NCBI GenBank assembly: GCA_964016885.1
Contig: OZ024740.1
Coordinates: 402,566,001-402,630,000, forward strand
Direction of reading: 5' to 3'
DNA length: 64,000 bases
DNA from: Eledone cirrhosa
Lineage: Eukaryota
The notes beneath the pieces are model-generated. The model searched no databases. It had not been told where the DNA came from and worked only from the letters and a program-made list of their open reading frames with translations. Positions 43,079-56,619 of the stretch are shown piece after piece. Position 1 is the stretch's first letter, and every line of letters begins with the position of its first letter. Made by a program: the position numbers and the translations under genes.

Positions 43079-43556
43079 CTGAAAATACTGCCAATCCTGA
43101 AAATAACCTACTCTTTAACAGTTCTGCCAATTTGCAGCCAAATCTAGCACCACACTGTCGCTAGAAATAGCAGCAAAATCTTCTTCATATCACTATCATC
43201 TTAAAAAATGAAAACATATATTGGACAACTTAAACCTATTTACACTAACAAAAAATAAATATAGATGGTTACGGCTAGAATGTGCTAGATCACATGTGAC
43301 CTTATTGAGAGTGCAATATAATTGAAATAGCAATATCTCTTTCAAGAACCTGTAATACACTTCACTATCATTATACTTTACACCACAATAAGCTATTATG
43401 CTGCATTGCATAGAAAATAGAAAATCTTAAAAAAAATAAACATATGAATTGTCGCAATAGCTTAAAGGTGTCGCAAGTCCTAATTACACACACACATGCA
43501 CACAAACAGACACACACACACAAACACTCCCATACAGTTATAGACATAGATATGTG

Positions 43557-43622
<66 letters not shown>

Positions 43623-44110
43623 ATAAAACTGATTAAAGCAACAACAATAACATAAACAACAATAATACAGCAGCAGCAACATTAGTAGTAGTAGTAGTAG
43701 TAGTAGTAACTAAAAAACACCCGGACAACTACAAAAAATATCAGCAAGCATTATATATATTTTTTTAAAGCTAGGCAGCAGACTGACAGCAGCTGACCTG
43801 TCTCCTAAATAGAGCAGCCCACTGTTTGGTGGCTTCCGGCCAATTTCATGTGGTCGACAACTTAAACCAGGGAACATCTGCTTTGGCTATAATTGTATTG
43901 ACACCTTTGTGCTACAGAAAGAAGGTTGTACAATGAGAATCGCCTGACTTGTACATAAAGTGCACAACATCAATGCACTTTGTGATAGTATAATCTAACA
44001 ACTAAGTCAATGGTGTTAATATATGTAGAAAGTAGATAGGGCGGTAGGTATTCATCATAGATAAGATAGACTGTTGAAATAGATGTATAGATATATGGAT
44101 AAAAATATAG

Positions 44111-44142
<32 letters not shown>

Positions 44143-44403
44143 GAGAGATATGTGGGAAGGTAGGAGGTAGTTGGGTTGGTAATGATGTAAGTAGCTAGTT
44201 AGGTGGGTAGGTAAATAGGCAATCTAAACTAGACAGACACACACATTCATACACTCACACTTACACACACACTTACACACACACGCACCCCCCCTCCACA
44301 CATATATATATATATATATAGTCTGGAACTAGCTGTCGAAAGAGCTCAGCTGTCGGGACCCGACTCTTTCTAATATATTATATAATATATATTTACATGT
44401 ATG

Positions 44404-44443
<40 letters not shown>

Positions 44444-44652
44444 TACTTACGTATATATATAAATATATATATATACATACGCTTAAAGATGAATGTGTAC
44501 ATGTATGCATCTCTCTCGCATCTCGTTGTCCCTCTCTAACAATGCGTGTTTGTGTGTAGTGAGATTGAGAGAGTGAGATAAAGAGTGAGGGAGATAGAGA
44601 GAGAGAAAGAGAGAGAGAGACAGAGTGAGAGACAGCAAGAGAAAGAAAGAAA

Positions 44653-44764
<112 letters not shown>

Positions 44765-45210
44765 AGGCAGACTGATGGGATGACTACATACATACACATC
44801 CGAAATGAGTTAGCTAAGGAAAAAAAGAAAAGAACATAAATAAGAAAAAGAAAAAGATGGATGACAAAAAATGAAAGTAAATAGGAACGCTGAAGGCTGA
44901 TGAAAATAAAATATAAATGAGAGGAACAATAAAAGGAAGTTGAAGAGGAAAGTAAAAGAGAGAGAAAAAAATATTCACTTGTGAAAAGAGAGAAGCTCAG
45001 GGGAAGGAAGGATAGACAAAAAACAGAGGTTGTAAAATTATAAACAATAGAATGAAAATATAGTTGATAAAAAATAAATAGTGATAAATTACAATAACCA
45101 AATAAAACAAAGCAAATAGCGACATGATTATATTTGGCGAGTGTTATATATGAATGTAATTATAATCACTTAAATAATGTTACATGATATATTACAATAT
45201 ATATATATTA

Positions 45211-45242
<32 letters not shown>

Positions 45243-45277
45243 TTACATATATATATATATATATATATGTATATATT

Positions 45278-45323
<46 letters not shown>

Positions 45324-46074
45324 ATATATATATATATATATGCATGTATGCATGTATATATATATATATGTGTGTGCGTGTGTGTGTGTCTTTGGGTGTG
45401 TGTGTAAAAGGTAAACAGAAATAATACACGATCGGTACAGTATAAGGAAGGATTATATTTGGTTAACGCTTGAAATAGCAGGAAGAGGGTCTTAACGTTT
45501 CGGACACTAGTCCTTCATCATAAGGAAGGATGAGAAAGAAGATAGATTGAAGGGCCGGGCGGGTTTGAATTGGAAAAAAGGTCTTTGGTTAAAAATACCA
45601 GGTGCATTCACGTTGACATCTCTTGGAAAATTGTTGATGCTGGCTTTTGTTTCCTCTATACTTTCCTCTCCCTCTCTCTCTCTCTCTATATATATATACA
45701 TAATGAAATTTCGTTTCATTCTTTTATATATATATATATATGTATCAAGTTTAATATAGAAATGGTTTCTACAGAACTAGTGCTGTTGCATTCAAAAGAG
45801 ATCACCAAGAAAGCCTTGCTGGTGATTCCTGGTTATTTTGAATGAAACAGTTCTAGTCCTTTAGAAGCCATTTCTATATTATTAAAATTGATGTTTACAC
45901 TCTACAAATGTATTGAGTACCTTACTTACTATGGTTACCCCCGATTGAACGCGGGACTCATACATATACATATATGTATATATATAATGAAAAATTGAAC
46001 GGGAACAAAACAGAGAGGCAGTACAAACAAATGTTTATTAATTTCACGCTCTTGAGAGTGGGGTGGTGGTTGGG

Positions 46075-46108
46075 AACGACGTTTCGGGCATAAGCCCTTC
46101 TTCAGGTG
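46075..46108 (-). ncRNA. hammerhead-like motif with stem I unresolved
   Basis: Minus strand: CTGAAGA agggc ttat gccc GAAA cgtcg TT. A related motif at 45490-45525 reads ATGATGA aggac tagt gtcc GAAA cgt TA. Confidence 0.45.
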
Positions 46109-47322
46109 AAAAGTATGTGGGAAGAGAGTTCAAAGGGTGTGTAGGGGAGTGGTGGAGAGACATATAGCAAAAAGGGGGTGAGAGGAAACGGTGCAAATGA
46201 AATTAAAAATAAAAATAAAGGCATGATCAAAATAAAATTAAAATGGGGTAAAACAGGTGGTGGAAGAGTGTGGGGCGTGTAGGGGTGGTGGCGGGTGGAG
46301 TGAGGAGAGGGAGACGGGGTGTCCGAGCGGGGAGGGCTGAAGGTGGTGTGTGTGTGTAGGTGTACGTGTGTGTGTGTGTGTATGTGAAAGCAAGGTTTGG
46401 GGGAAGAACGGGGTTTATATATATATATATAGGAAAATGACCCCCGACGGCAGAGCTCAAGTCAAAAAGCGTGTAAACTTGTATATTGCCACGAAAAAAA
46501 CCATAAAAATATCGCGGAAGAGATTAACGACTCCGCGAACATGCGGTGGTTTCCACGAACAATTATTAGTTAGCTTCTGTAAGTCTTTCTACCCTCTAAT
46601 AGCTGAGTACGACATGCTTCTCTTCAGAGTGTAGATCTTGTCATTTAGTTTTGAGATATTGCACGCACATTTGAATATACTGGATTTTCTAAAACGACGT
46701 TTTATCATAATGTGGCATTATATAGTTCTGAGTTTTTAATGGGCAGTGGTTTGCGTGAATTTTGTAGCTGTATCGTTTTAATTACTCCATATCTTAATCT
46801 GTCCATATTGAGATTTTGATTTTATGTTTACGCAGCATCAACTCCAGTCACTGTAATAATGCTAAGAGTTTGATTTTTTAACAGCAAGTGGTTGGATATG
46901 TATGCTTTGTAAGACATTCATAGAGCAAAGACTGGTGAACCGTAAAATATTCGAATTTAAACTCTGTAAACAGTGACTATTCCTTAACTGTCGAGATTGC
47001 CTGCGTTTTATCTCTGCTGACGTTGCATCTTACTGCACATCGGCAAATTCTATTAACATCGCAGTCAAAATGGACGTGATCATATATATATAGTTTCTTT
47101 TTCAAATAATCTATACTTTATGATAATTTATAAAGAACAATACTTAGTTCAATGTTCATTCTCGTAGATCCCAATAAAGAAAGAGGGAGGACTGAGAGCA
47201 GAGAGCAGGAATAAGGGATAGAGAAAAACATATAGAAACAGTGAAAAAACAAGATGGAGCGAGAGAGAGAGAGAGCGGGGGGGGGGTGAGAGAGAGAGAT
47301 TGCTATTTAATTTAAACACATA

Positions 47323-48161
47323 CGAGGTGGGTCAGAAAAGTTCCAGGACTGATGTCACAAAAGATTTATTTCAAACGCAAACTTCACACTAAGAGTTTTC
47401 TCCTTCAAAGTGATCCCCCTGGAGTCTAATGTACTTTTCCATCCTTTTCTGCCGGCCTTTTTGATGTCGTCCACGTCTTCAAAACGGGTTCCCTCCGGGT
47501 CGTACTCGAAGATCCATGACCCCTCACCGGTTATGACTGTCCCTAGCAAGTCCGGTTCGGTTTCAAGACGCTCGAGGATGTCCTGGCACACTTGCATGCG
47601 TCGACCCTTCTGGTCATCGTTCAGCAGTTTTGGCACCATCTTCGCGCAGACTTTCCGCATGTCCAAATCTTCAGTGAGAAACTTCCAGACGCTGTCCCGA
47701 TTCATGCCCAGCTCATTTGCCATCAGTCGAACAGTCAACCGACGATCGCTACGCACCATCTGCCTGATGCGCTCAACCTTGACCTCAGTCCTGGTTGTTG
47801 AGGGTCTTCCGCTCCTGGGGTCATATTCCACGTCCTCGCGTCCTTCTTTAAACCTCTTGCACCACTCAAAAACACGTTTGCATAACATCGTCTCATCTCC
47901 ATACACTTCCTCCAGCAATCCCAGTGCTTCTGACGGAGTTTTCAAGTTTGTTCGTTGCTCTGTGTTCATTGCTTGATGACCTGAAACAGAGGAGATGTAT
48001 ATAAAATTATGAAGAAAAAAGGTTGATCGCTGCAGAGAGCTAAGATTACAGTTATATACTCCAGGGGGTTTACTTTGAAGGAGAAAACTCTTAGTGTGAA
48101 GTTTGGGTTTGAAATAAATCTTTTGTGACATCAGTCCTGGAACTTTTCTGACACACCTATG
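47323..48161 (-). mobile_element. internally deleted mariner transposon with ~110-bp TIRs
   Basis: TA-CGAGGTGGGTCAGAAAAGTTCCAGGACTG... is mirrored at the right end. HTH region VFEWCKRFKEGREDVEYDPRSGRP, then KVCAKMVPKLL and TGEGSWIFEYDPE, then a jump to GTRFEDVDDIK. Most of the catalytic domain is lost. Confidence 0.92.
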
Positions 48162-49475
48162 TTTCTCTGTAGATTGGATCGATAAATAAAGCAAAATACG
48201 ACCTTCTAAAATCATGCAAATCCAGTCAAACTTTTCTTTCGTCAGTTCTACATACAAAGCGCCGTCGTAAAAAATTCAATGCTGAAACTCTGGACACTCA
48301 ATTACGAGTGTCAGTAAATATAAGATTTCAAGGCCAAACGTATGTAGTAAATTTCATTATTTCTGTACACCTTTTCCCTAAAATTGTTTTTTCCAGCAAC
48401 TGATTTCATATGATGAAGTGAAAGCAGGATATCGACGATATCGACCTCGCAATTAATGGAAAACATTAACTTATCAGATATTATCTTTCCTCCCACCTGT
48501 CTCTATCGAACAACTTCTTTATGTTATCATAATGTCTATGCTTAGAAAAGTTTATCTAGCCGAACATGATACCTATTAAGTTGAATTATGCAATATTACA
48601 GAAAACTGTGTTTAGAATAATATTTTTTTATTTTGGTTCCAATCATTTCACGATCATCTATTTTCACTTACTTGTTTCATTAAATAAGCCTCGGTCAATT
48701 GGAAGTTTCCGAATTAATTTGCAACTGATTTCGCCATTCTACGATTCAAACATTGCTTCAGTCATATAGACCCTACCCAGCGCAATAATGTATCTACTCA
48801 GCTAATTCCAATAACCGTCTTCAACTGGGAGTCGACTAAATTTCTTAGATGATTTCATAATGAGCAAACGAGAATTTCTTTTTCAAAATGGCAGAATGTG
48901 CTTGACCGACGAGTTTTCACTGCTATATTCTAGTTACATTCTTGTATGGGTAAAAATTATATAAATATGTGTTAATTATTCTCAGTAGCCATGTTTAATC
49001 TCAGAAACATGTGTTAATTAGCTTAACCTGTTCGTCTGAGTATGTATGTGTGTATATATATATATATCGTTACTATATTTTTATAAATATATCGTAATAG
49101 ATACTTTTCTTTTATTTATTATACTCTCTTCATCTCCTTTCTTTCCGCATCTAAGTGTACGAATGTCCAGGCGTTTTTATGCGCGCGACTTTATTTTCTT
49201 ATTTTTACGAAGTAACCATTTCCGTCTGCATAATACAGACATATAGATACATTTGCCCTAAACTTTTTATTTTTATAATTACGCACACTTTCTATCCATA
49301 CATTTACACGTGCACATATACATATATGCACATCTATGAGCGTATATACATACACATACACACACATAACTATTTTTCTTGATAGATTTTTATATATTTC
49401 AATTTCTATTTCATTTATCTATATATTTTTTTGATTTTCTTGATGTGTTTTTCTAAGTATTTGCCCATGTTTTAT

Positions 49476-49553
49476 ATTGCCTCGTCTGACGAACGAATGA
49501 AGTCGTTTATTTCGTATTCGCCTCATTCGGGAAACCTCTGGTAATGAGGTAAT
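49476..49553 (+). ncRNA. type I hammerhead ribozyme (long stem II family)
   Basis: attgcctcgt CTGACGA a cgaatga ... tcattcg g GAAA cc tct gg TA atgaggtaat. Confidence 0.8.
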
Positions 49554-49652
49554 AATATTGTATTGATTTTATACATTAAATTTTGCTCTGATACTGACAT
49601 AGAGCACTCTTCATTTCTATGACCTTTTCTGTTTCTAACTGAAATGTCAATA

Positions 49653-49757
<105 letters not shown>

Positions 49758-49768
49758 ATATATATATA

Positions 49769-49804
<36 letters not shown>

Positions 49805-49932
49805 AAAGTTTTATTTAAAATTGTTGGGATACAACAAGTAAATATTTTATAACTGATATAAAGCACTCGACAAGTTTTTGGAGTAGATATACGATATTAA
49901 ATAAATGGAAACTATATTTATAAAACCATATT

Positions 49933-49997
49933 TATTTCATTATACATATTTCAGGGATACCAAATTAAAATATGGTATGCCTTCGTCAGATAAAATA
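49933..49997 (-). ncRNA. type I hammerhead ribozyme (left arm)
   Basis: Reverse complement of 50164-50228. Confidence 0.7.
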
Positions 49998-50163
49998 CAA
50001 TATATAAACAGTTTTATAAATAATTTTGACGTACCCTATTAGAAGCGACCATTATTTTTGGAAGCTGTCTGGATAGTGAGATGTCTATCCAGACAGCTTC
50101 CAAAAATAATGGTCGCTTCTAATAGGGTACGTCAAAATTATTTATAAAACTGTTTATATATTG

Positions 50164-50228
50164 TATTTTATCTGACGAAGGCATGCCATATTTTAATTTG
50201 GTATCCCTGAAATATGTATAATGAAATA
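50164..50228 (+). ncRNA. type I hammerhead ribozyme (right arm)
   Basis: tattttat CTGACGA agg c atgcca tattttaatt tggtat c cct GAAA tatgta TA atgaaata. Confidence 0.7.
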
Positions 50229-50282
50229 AATATGGTTTTATAAATATAGTTTCCATTTATTTAATATCGTATATATATATAT

Positions 50283-50356
<74 letters not shown>

Positions 50357-50367
50357 ATATATATATA

Positions 50368-50494
<127 letters not shown>

Positions 50495-50551
50495 ATATAT
50501 ATATAAACATATATACGACAATGTGAGAATCCAAAACGCAGGAAAAAAGAT

Positions 50552-50636
50552 AATTGATTCTACTTTAGGCACAAGGCCAGCAATTAACCAGTGCATTACT
50601 GGTACTTTATTTTATCGACCCCCTAAGGATGAAAGG
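50552..50636 (-). mobile_element. truncated SINE
   Basis: Matches 42908-42992. Confidence 0.75.
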
Positions 50637-50721
50637 AAAAAAAGATAATAGTTGAGAAAGTTGGGTAAAATACCTCATCGTCATCATTTAACGGATATTA
50701 AATGATGATGATGAAGAAGAA

Positions 50722-50758
<37 letters not shown>

Positions 50759-51907
50759 ATGATGATGATGATGATGATGATGATTATCGTGGTGGTGGCG
50801 GTGGTGTTGATGGTAGAGGTGGTGGTGATGTCGTTGATATGTATACCTACAGTATATGAAAATGAAATATAATAGGTCTCCTTGTTGCAACAGTGATGGT
50901 TACTTTTCTTTAGATTACAGCCAGCAATATCACCATTATTGGCATAATAACGACAACAACAAGATCTGATATATTGACAAATCTGAATGTTTTTAGAGAA
51001 AATAAGTAAATACATAATGAAACAAATACGAAACAGTAAGATAAGCTCTGAATGCTGTTCATTCATTGTTACTCAAATATTCAGACAGGAACTAGCAAGT
51101 TTCAGGAAGATATAAATCTCTATATTATCAGGTGTAAATTAAAACTTTACAGAAATATCTCTAAGAATTTATGTACTTTGGGAGCAAAACATCTCACCAA
51201 TCTTATCAGTAAGAATCAATATGAGTTATGTTTCTCAATAGACAGATATTTCGAAAATTCATTCTGTATATAATCAATTCCTCTTCATCTAAAATGTCAT
51301 TATTAATTCATTGATAAAATCTCATATTTCCGATAAATACGTTAACTTGTATTTTCAGTGTTATTTGCCAAACCAGTATATTGTATTTCACTATTGATAT
51401 TGATATTAAAGTACAAGGCCTTATCTAATCTCTAAGTTGTGTAAAGTTGCTGAATAGATAACACCTCTATAACAATAATAGCGAAAAGTGAAATAATTTA
51501 TTGTCCACAGATTTATTCATAAAAGTATTGTTGGTTTCTGAGTCAGAATATTATAGCAATCAAAGAGTAGTAATATATATTACACCAGAAAACATAGATT
51601 TAATGCCAGGTTCTTTGTCAAAATACATCAACAAAACACGAAAGACAATCGCAGATTTTCATACACTATGTTTATTGGAAATGGCTTGTATTAACTAGAA
51701 ATAGCAAAATAACTTGAACTTCGAGATTAGATTGTATTGAATCACCTGCTTTGCTTCACTAGTAAACCGTTCATTCAATAACCAATGCCTATTCGATTCA
51801 TATAACAAAAAAAAATATATATATAGAAACAACAATACAAGTTAGGTTTTACAAACTTTCGAGCTTAAAATATAAAACATAATAAACATACAGAAAGACA
51901 CAAGAGC

Positions 51908-51969
<62 letters not shown>

Positions 51970-51975
<6 letters not shown>

Positions 51976-52270
51976 GAGGTTATATTTAATTTGTTGGGAT
52001 TCAACAAGCTTAAAAATGTTTATAATTGATATAAAGCACTCAACAGTTTATTTTGTAAATATACAATATATTAACAAATGGAAACTATATTTATAAAACA
52101 ATATTTATTTTATTATACATATGTCAAGGGCCACCAAGGCAAATTATGGTGCGCTTTCATCAGATATAATACAATACAGATTTGTTTTATAAATAAATAT
52201 TGACATACCCTGAAAAAAGACAACCTTAACGGTTGGAGCTTCCGGGATAGCTATCCAGGAAGCTCTAACC
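51970..52270 (-). repeat. diverged copy of the 49800-50090 repeat with a dead hammerhead
   Basis: Collinear with 49800-50090. The hammerhead at ~52106-52171 has GAAA changed to GACA. Confidence 0.7.
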
Positions 52271-52332
52271 CCTATGAGAGACTTAAAAATCGATTGGATG
52301 AACTTGCTTGTTTAAACTCTAAATATTTGGGC

Positions 52333-52695
52333 AATGTTTTTAATTAAGCATACATAATATTGCCAAATATACTATATATACATTCATGTATATATTGCTA
52401 TTTCAGAACAGCAATTCAATTTGGACCGGCAATCGTTCTATATAATCAGTTCCTGGTTATTACTGGAATTCTATAAGAATCCAACATCTATAATTTTCAA
52501 CAGGCATCGGCGAGTGCAAAGCTCTGATGATTACCAACAGTATGAAACAGATCTGTCAGCTTATCTCCCTTTGTTTGTTGAAAAAAGAAGTAATTGACAT
52601 AGTCACTACTTTAAAATAATAGCGCAAGGTCTTCAAAATGTTTTTAATTAAGTATACAGTATATTGCCAAATATACTATATATACACTCATATAT
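52333..52695 (+). mobile_element. 304-bp non-coding unit with ~60-bp direct terminal repeats and a central hammerhead
   Basis: aatgtttttaattaag...tattgccaaatatactatatatac occurs at 52333 and 52637. Confidence 0.7.
52519..52562 (+). ncRNA. minimal type I hammerhead ribozyme
   Basis: aagct CTGATGA t tac caaca gta t GAAA cagatctg TC agctt. Palindromic ACAGATCTGT, GUC site. Confidence 0.85.
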
Positions 52696-52716
52696 ATACA
52701 TATATATATACTTTTC

Positions 52717-52760
<44 letters not shown>

Positions 52761-52761
52761 T

Positions 52762-53645
52762 ATAAATTATGTCCATAGAATCATTTGATAAGATATATAC
52801 ACCATTTCCTCTCCCAATTAGCATAATCAACCACACACAAAACGAATTAAACCAGGCTATAAGATTAAAAGCACCTATAAAGAAATAATAGATAAATAAA
52901 CGACAGACATCTATTCACGATGAACAGCTATAAAATATTTACCCAGCATTTCAATAGCACGTGGAAATCGATTAAATATATCGTCAACCATACACAATTA
53001 GGTATAAAATTAAAGTTAGTAGAAAAAATGTATATAAACATACCAGGATTAAGTTTCTACCCATTAGGGTTTCATTCGCTTTTGGAAATATTCGATCAAA
53101 GATAAATTCTCGAGCTTCGAAATCATCAGGAACCAAACTCACTTGGACGAAGATTTTTCTTATATGATCCTCGCCAGAAACGAATTCAAAATGGCTAAGA
53201 ACTGTGGCATGGCAGTGGTCAAGTCAGAAAGAATGTGATTTGTACCTTACGGCGAGTGGTGTGGTTGCTAGAAAGCGCAGCCTAATATTGCCTAAATTGC
53301 ATCTCAACCTTATGGGAGATTATCAAATATAAAGATTTACATATACACAAACTAGACACAGTCATAGATATATATGTGTTTGGCAACCATTCACGATGTG
53401 TCTCACTGATGAATTAATAAATTAAATAATCAGAGCAATATACTATAAATTATGTTCATAGAATCATTTGATAAGATATATACACCATTTCCTCTCCCAA
53501 TCAGCATAATCAACCACACAAAAAAACCAATTAAACCAGGCTATAAGATTAAAAAGCACCTATAAAGAAATAATAGATAAATAAACGGCAGCCATCTATT
53601 CGCGATCAACAGCTATAGAATATTTACCCAGCATTTCAATAGCAT
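52762..53645 (-). mobile_element. ~680-bp non-coding unit with ~195-bp direct repeats and a hammerhead
   Basis: 52762-52959 is repeated at 53444-53645. Confidence 0.7.
53053..53134 (-). ncRNA. type I hammerhead ribozyme
   Basis: Minus strand: ggttc CTGATGA t ttcg ... cgaa t GAAA ccc taat ggg TA gaaac. One mismatch in stem I. Confidence 0.7.
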
Positions 53646-53667
53646 TTCAATAGCATTTCAATATATA

Positions 53668-53721
<54 letters not shown>

Positions 53722-53904
53722 GTACATACATAGTGGGCAAATTGACAGAAACATTAACGAAAGCAAGACACTATATTGTAGAATATATACATCCTCAAAA
53801 CGAGTTTACCGATTAGAATCCCAAATGGGAGAAATATAGACCATTATATTTCGGGTCACGTATTTCATTCGATGGTTGAGAAATGGCAAAAAAAAATGTA
53901 GACA

Positions 53905-54260
53905 TAAATCGAAATTTAGAAGAGTGTCTAACACACGTGGGCATGCCTTAAATGTCAGAAAACAGCACAGCTCCCATGACTTTTGGAAACATTTTTTCAC
54001 GCTTAGAATTGCTGAAGCATGGAACAAACTACCTGCATCAGTTGTTAACTGTCGAGACACTGCATCCCTTAAAACCTCCATACTTCCTGAAATCCGCCAA
54101 CACTACACCTGATATTCCCCCTCCATACAAATGCATAAATATATATCATGATTCATACACTGTTCACTTTCCTGACTATTGTACAGTATTCTATGTACTA
54201 TACATGCACCTTTGATGAGTTGTAGCGCACCTGAGCACTGTACAAAATAATTTCATTATT
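53905..54260 (+). mobile_element. CR1-clade LINE extreme 3' fragment
   Basis: NTRGHALNVRKQ...HFFTLRIAEAWNKLPASVV, plus a 3' UTR. Confidence 0.8.
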
Positions 54261-54389
54261 TTTTTTTTAACAAAATGTGTGTATTACTGTGAATCTGCTT
54301 TGTATTTGGTTATTATGTCTGCGATTATATGGTAGATTACATGTCATTTTTAATACATGGATTTTGGAAAAAAAAAGCTAACATAAGGG

Positions 54390-54600
54390 GAGATAAGTTT
54401 AGAAGGTTGCAGTATAACAATGCAGAGAACTATGTGTACATGTGGCTAGTAGAGTGTTTGGCAGACCTGTATGGGTGAGTTCAAACCAGATGTATACGAC
54501 GGGTAGAGCCGGAAAAGGAACTGGTATTCAAGGGTTAATCTGGATTGATTACAACCGTGGTGGAGACATACTCTTATCACGTGTAATTCGCTGAGAGAAT
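54390..54600 (-). mobile_element. PLE GIY-YIG C-terminal remnant
   Basis: SRLTLEYQFLFRLYPSYTSGLN resembles the R..LE...IF.L....P.GLN end of Neptune-type endonucleases. Confidence 0.5.
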
Positions 54601-54709
54601 GTGCGGGAGACAAAGAGGGAGGAGAACCGAGTGGCAAGGAAGTGCTCGGGGAGTGATTTGCTAAGGGCGTGGTGCAACGAACCTTATATGTATATATATA
54701 GTAAGGTAT

Positions 54710-54752
54710 ACGGTGCTGACGATAGCTAATAAGCTTGAAACTAGTACATCGT
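54710..54752 (+). ncRNA. minimal type I hammerhead ribozyme
   Basis: acggtg CTGACGA tagctaataagctt GAAA ctag TA catcgt. Paralogue of 28804 with a GUA site and a structure-preserving G-U in stem I. Confidence 0.85.
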
Positions 54753-55376
54753 TCCTTTGTCAGTGTTGAACAAAAGGGCAACGATGGTTGCTAAACACTG
54801 TACGGCTTAATTCGGGATGTTTGTTTACAAACAAACCGAGCATTATAATAAATGTTCGGTAAATCCATACGTATATATATATATATGTGTGCATGTATGT
54901 ATATATATATACATACTACTGTATGTCTGTATACATATATGTATGTACGTATACATACTTATATTTAAGTAACAGCCGTACTAAGAGTGAGAAATGAAAT
55001 TTCGTTTCATCTTTCCATTTATATATATATATATATGATCATATATATATATATATTAGATCAGAGTGTGGTTGGGATCCTGAATCTTATATATATGTAT
55101 GTGTGTGTGCGTGTATAAATAGCATCTCACAGTCTGAATATGGCGAGAGGGAACAGATTATCACCAGAGAATATGTTCACAATATCGAGATGCAAATACC
55201 TTTCAATTATAATCCGTTCATGAAGATCATTCTATTGACAACTTTAACAAAACAGTCTGAGTGGATTTTGGTTATAAAGCAGCTAGGTGGAGGCAACTAA
55301 ATTGTTTGATATTTCTCGATTTGCAGTGAAATATGTATAGTTGTGTCCTTTTGATCTAAGAATTAAATATAAATAT

Positions 55377-55512
55377 AATTGTTTCTACTTTTGGCACAAG
55401 ATCAGCAAAAACCCAGTGTATTACTGGTACTTTATTTTATCGACCCCGTAAGGATGAAAGGCAAAGTTAATCTCGGCGGGATTTGAGCTCAGAATGGAAA
55501 GGGCCGTAACTC
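55377..55512 (-). mobile_element. tRNA-derived SINE
   Basis: Matches the 42908 copy. Confidence 0.8.
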
Positions 55513-56619
55513 TTTAAATATTTAAATATAAATCTAATGTTTAACCAGGTACGTCTTGTTTCAAGACTAGATAGGGATGTCATAGTGATGATGTATAGTG
55601 ATGACGATGAGGGTGAAGGAAAGATGATATAATGACGCTGAAGGAGGATAATGAAGACAAAGACAACAAAGATGATGATGATGATGATGATGATGATGAG
55701 GAGGAGGAGGATGAGGAGGTGGAGGAGGAGGAGGGGGAAGGGGAGGGGTGGCGATGATGATGATGATGAGGAGGAGGATGATGAAGATGATCGTGGTGAT
55801 GATGGCGGTGATGATTATGATGATGATGACGAGGAGGAGGAGGAGGAGGGGGGGGGGGGGGGGGGGGATAACGACGACGTCGACGATCACGATAGCGATG
55901 GTATGATGTTCGTGATAATGATTGTCAATTACAAGGATAATAAAATCTACTAAGGACAGCCTTGATTCAGCAAAAATATTCCCACCCATTCTAATTATCT
56001 ATCCATGACTACATTTCCCTGAGTAGCTGTCCATTTATAAATGTGTAGGTTGTGATTTAGGAGAAATGTGGTTGCTATTTCTAGCAAGTTGACCACCTAG
56101 TATGTTTGACAAGATTAAGTTAGAAGTAATGACAATAATGATTATAGTCTTTGAATGTAAATGTTGGTGATGTTGTTGGTAGTTTTGGAATGCTTGATGA
56201 TGGTGGTGGTGGTCGTGGTGGTCGACGTTGTTAACGTCGACAACCTGATCAACGAGAGATGTTGAGGATTATAATAATGGTGGTGATGGTGGTGATGATG
56301 AGAGTGAAACATGAAGGCAGCGAGAAAAATCGCTCCATCTACTGTATAAACCCCCTTGTAAGGGCAAGCCCCATCCAGTCAAATGATATTAACTTCTTTT
56401 CCGTAAACCACGCGCCTCTATCTTGAAATGATATCTCCAGATAAATAAGCATATGTTATTTAAAGAAAAAAACCTGATGTATATGTAAGTTACACTCGAC
56501 TTCCATATTTCAAATACATGATGTCGAATGGCAATAATCATATTTACTCTTGTATTTATTTATTTATCATTATTGTTATATTATTATTTTATTTTTATCT
56601 GTTTTTATTTTGTTGTTTT

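Larger units (their letters stand above)
49887..50274. repeat. 190-bp-arm near-perfect palindrome with a hammerhead in each arm
   Basis: Arms 49887-50076 and 50085-50274, 8-nt loop. I saw one mismatch. Confidence 0.92.
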
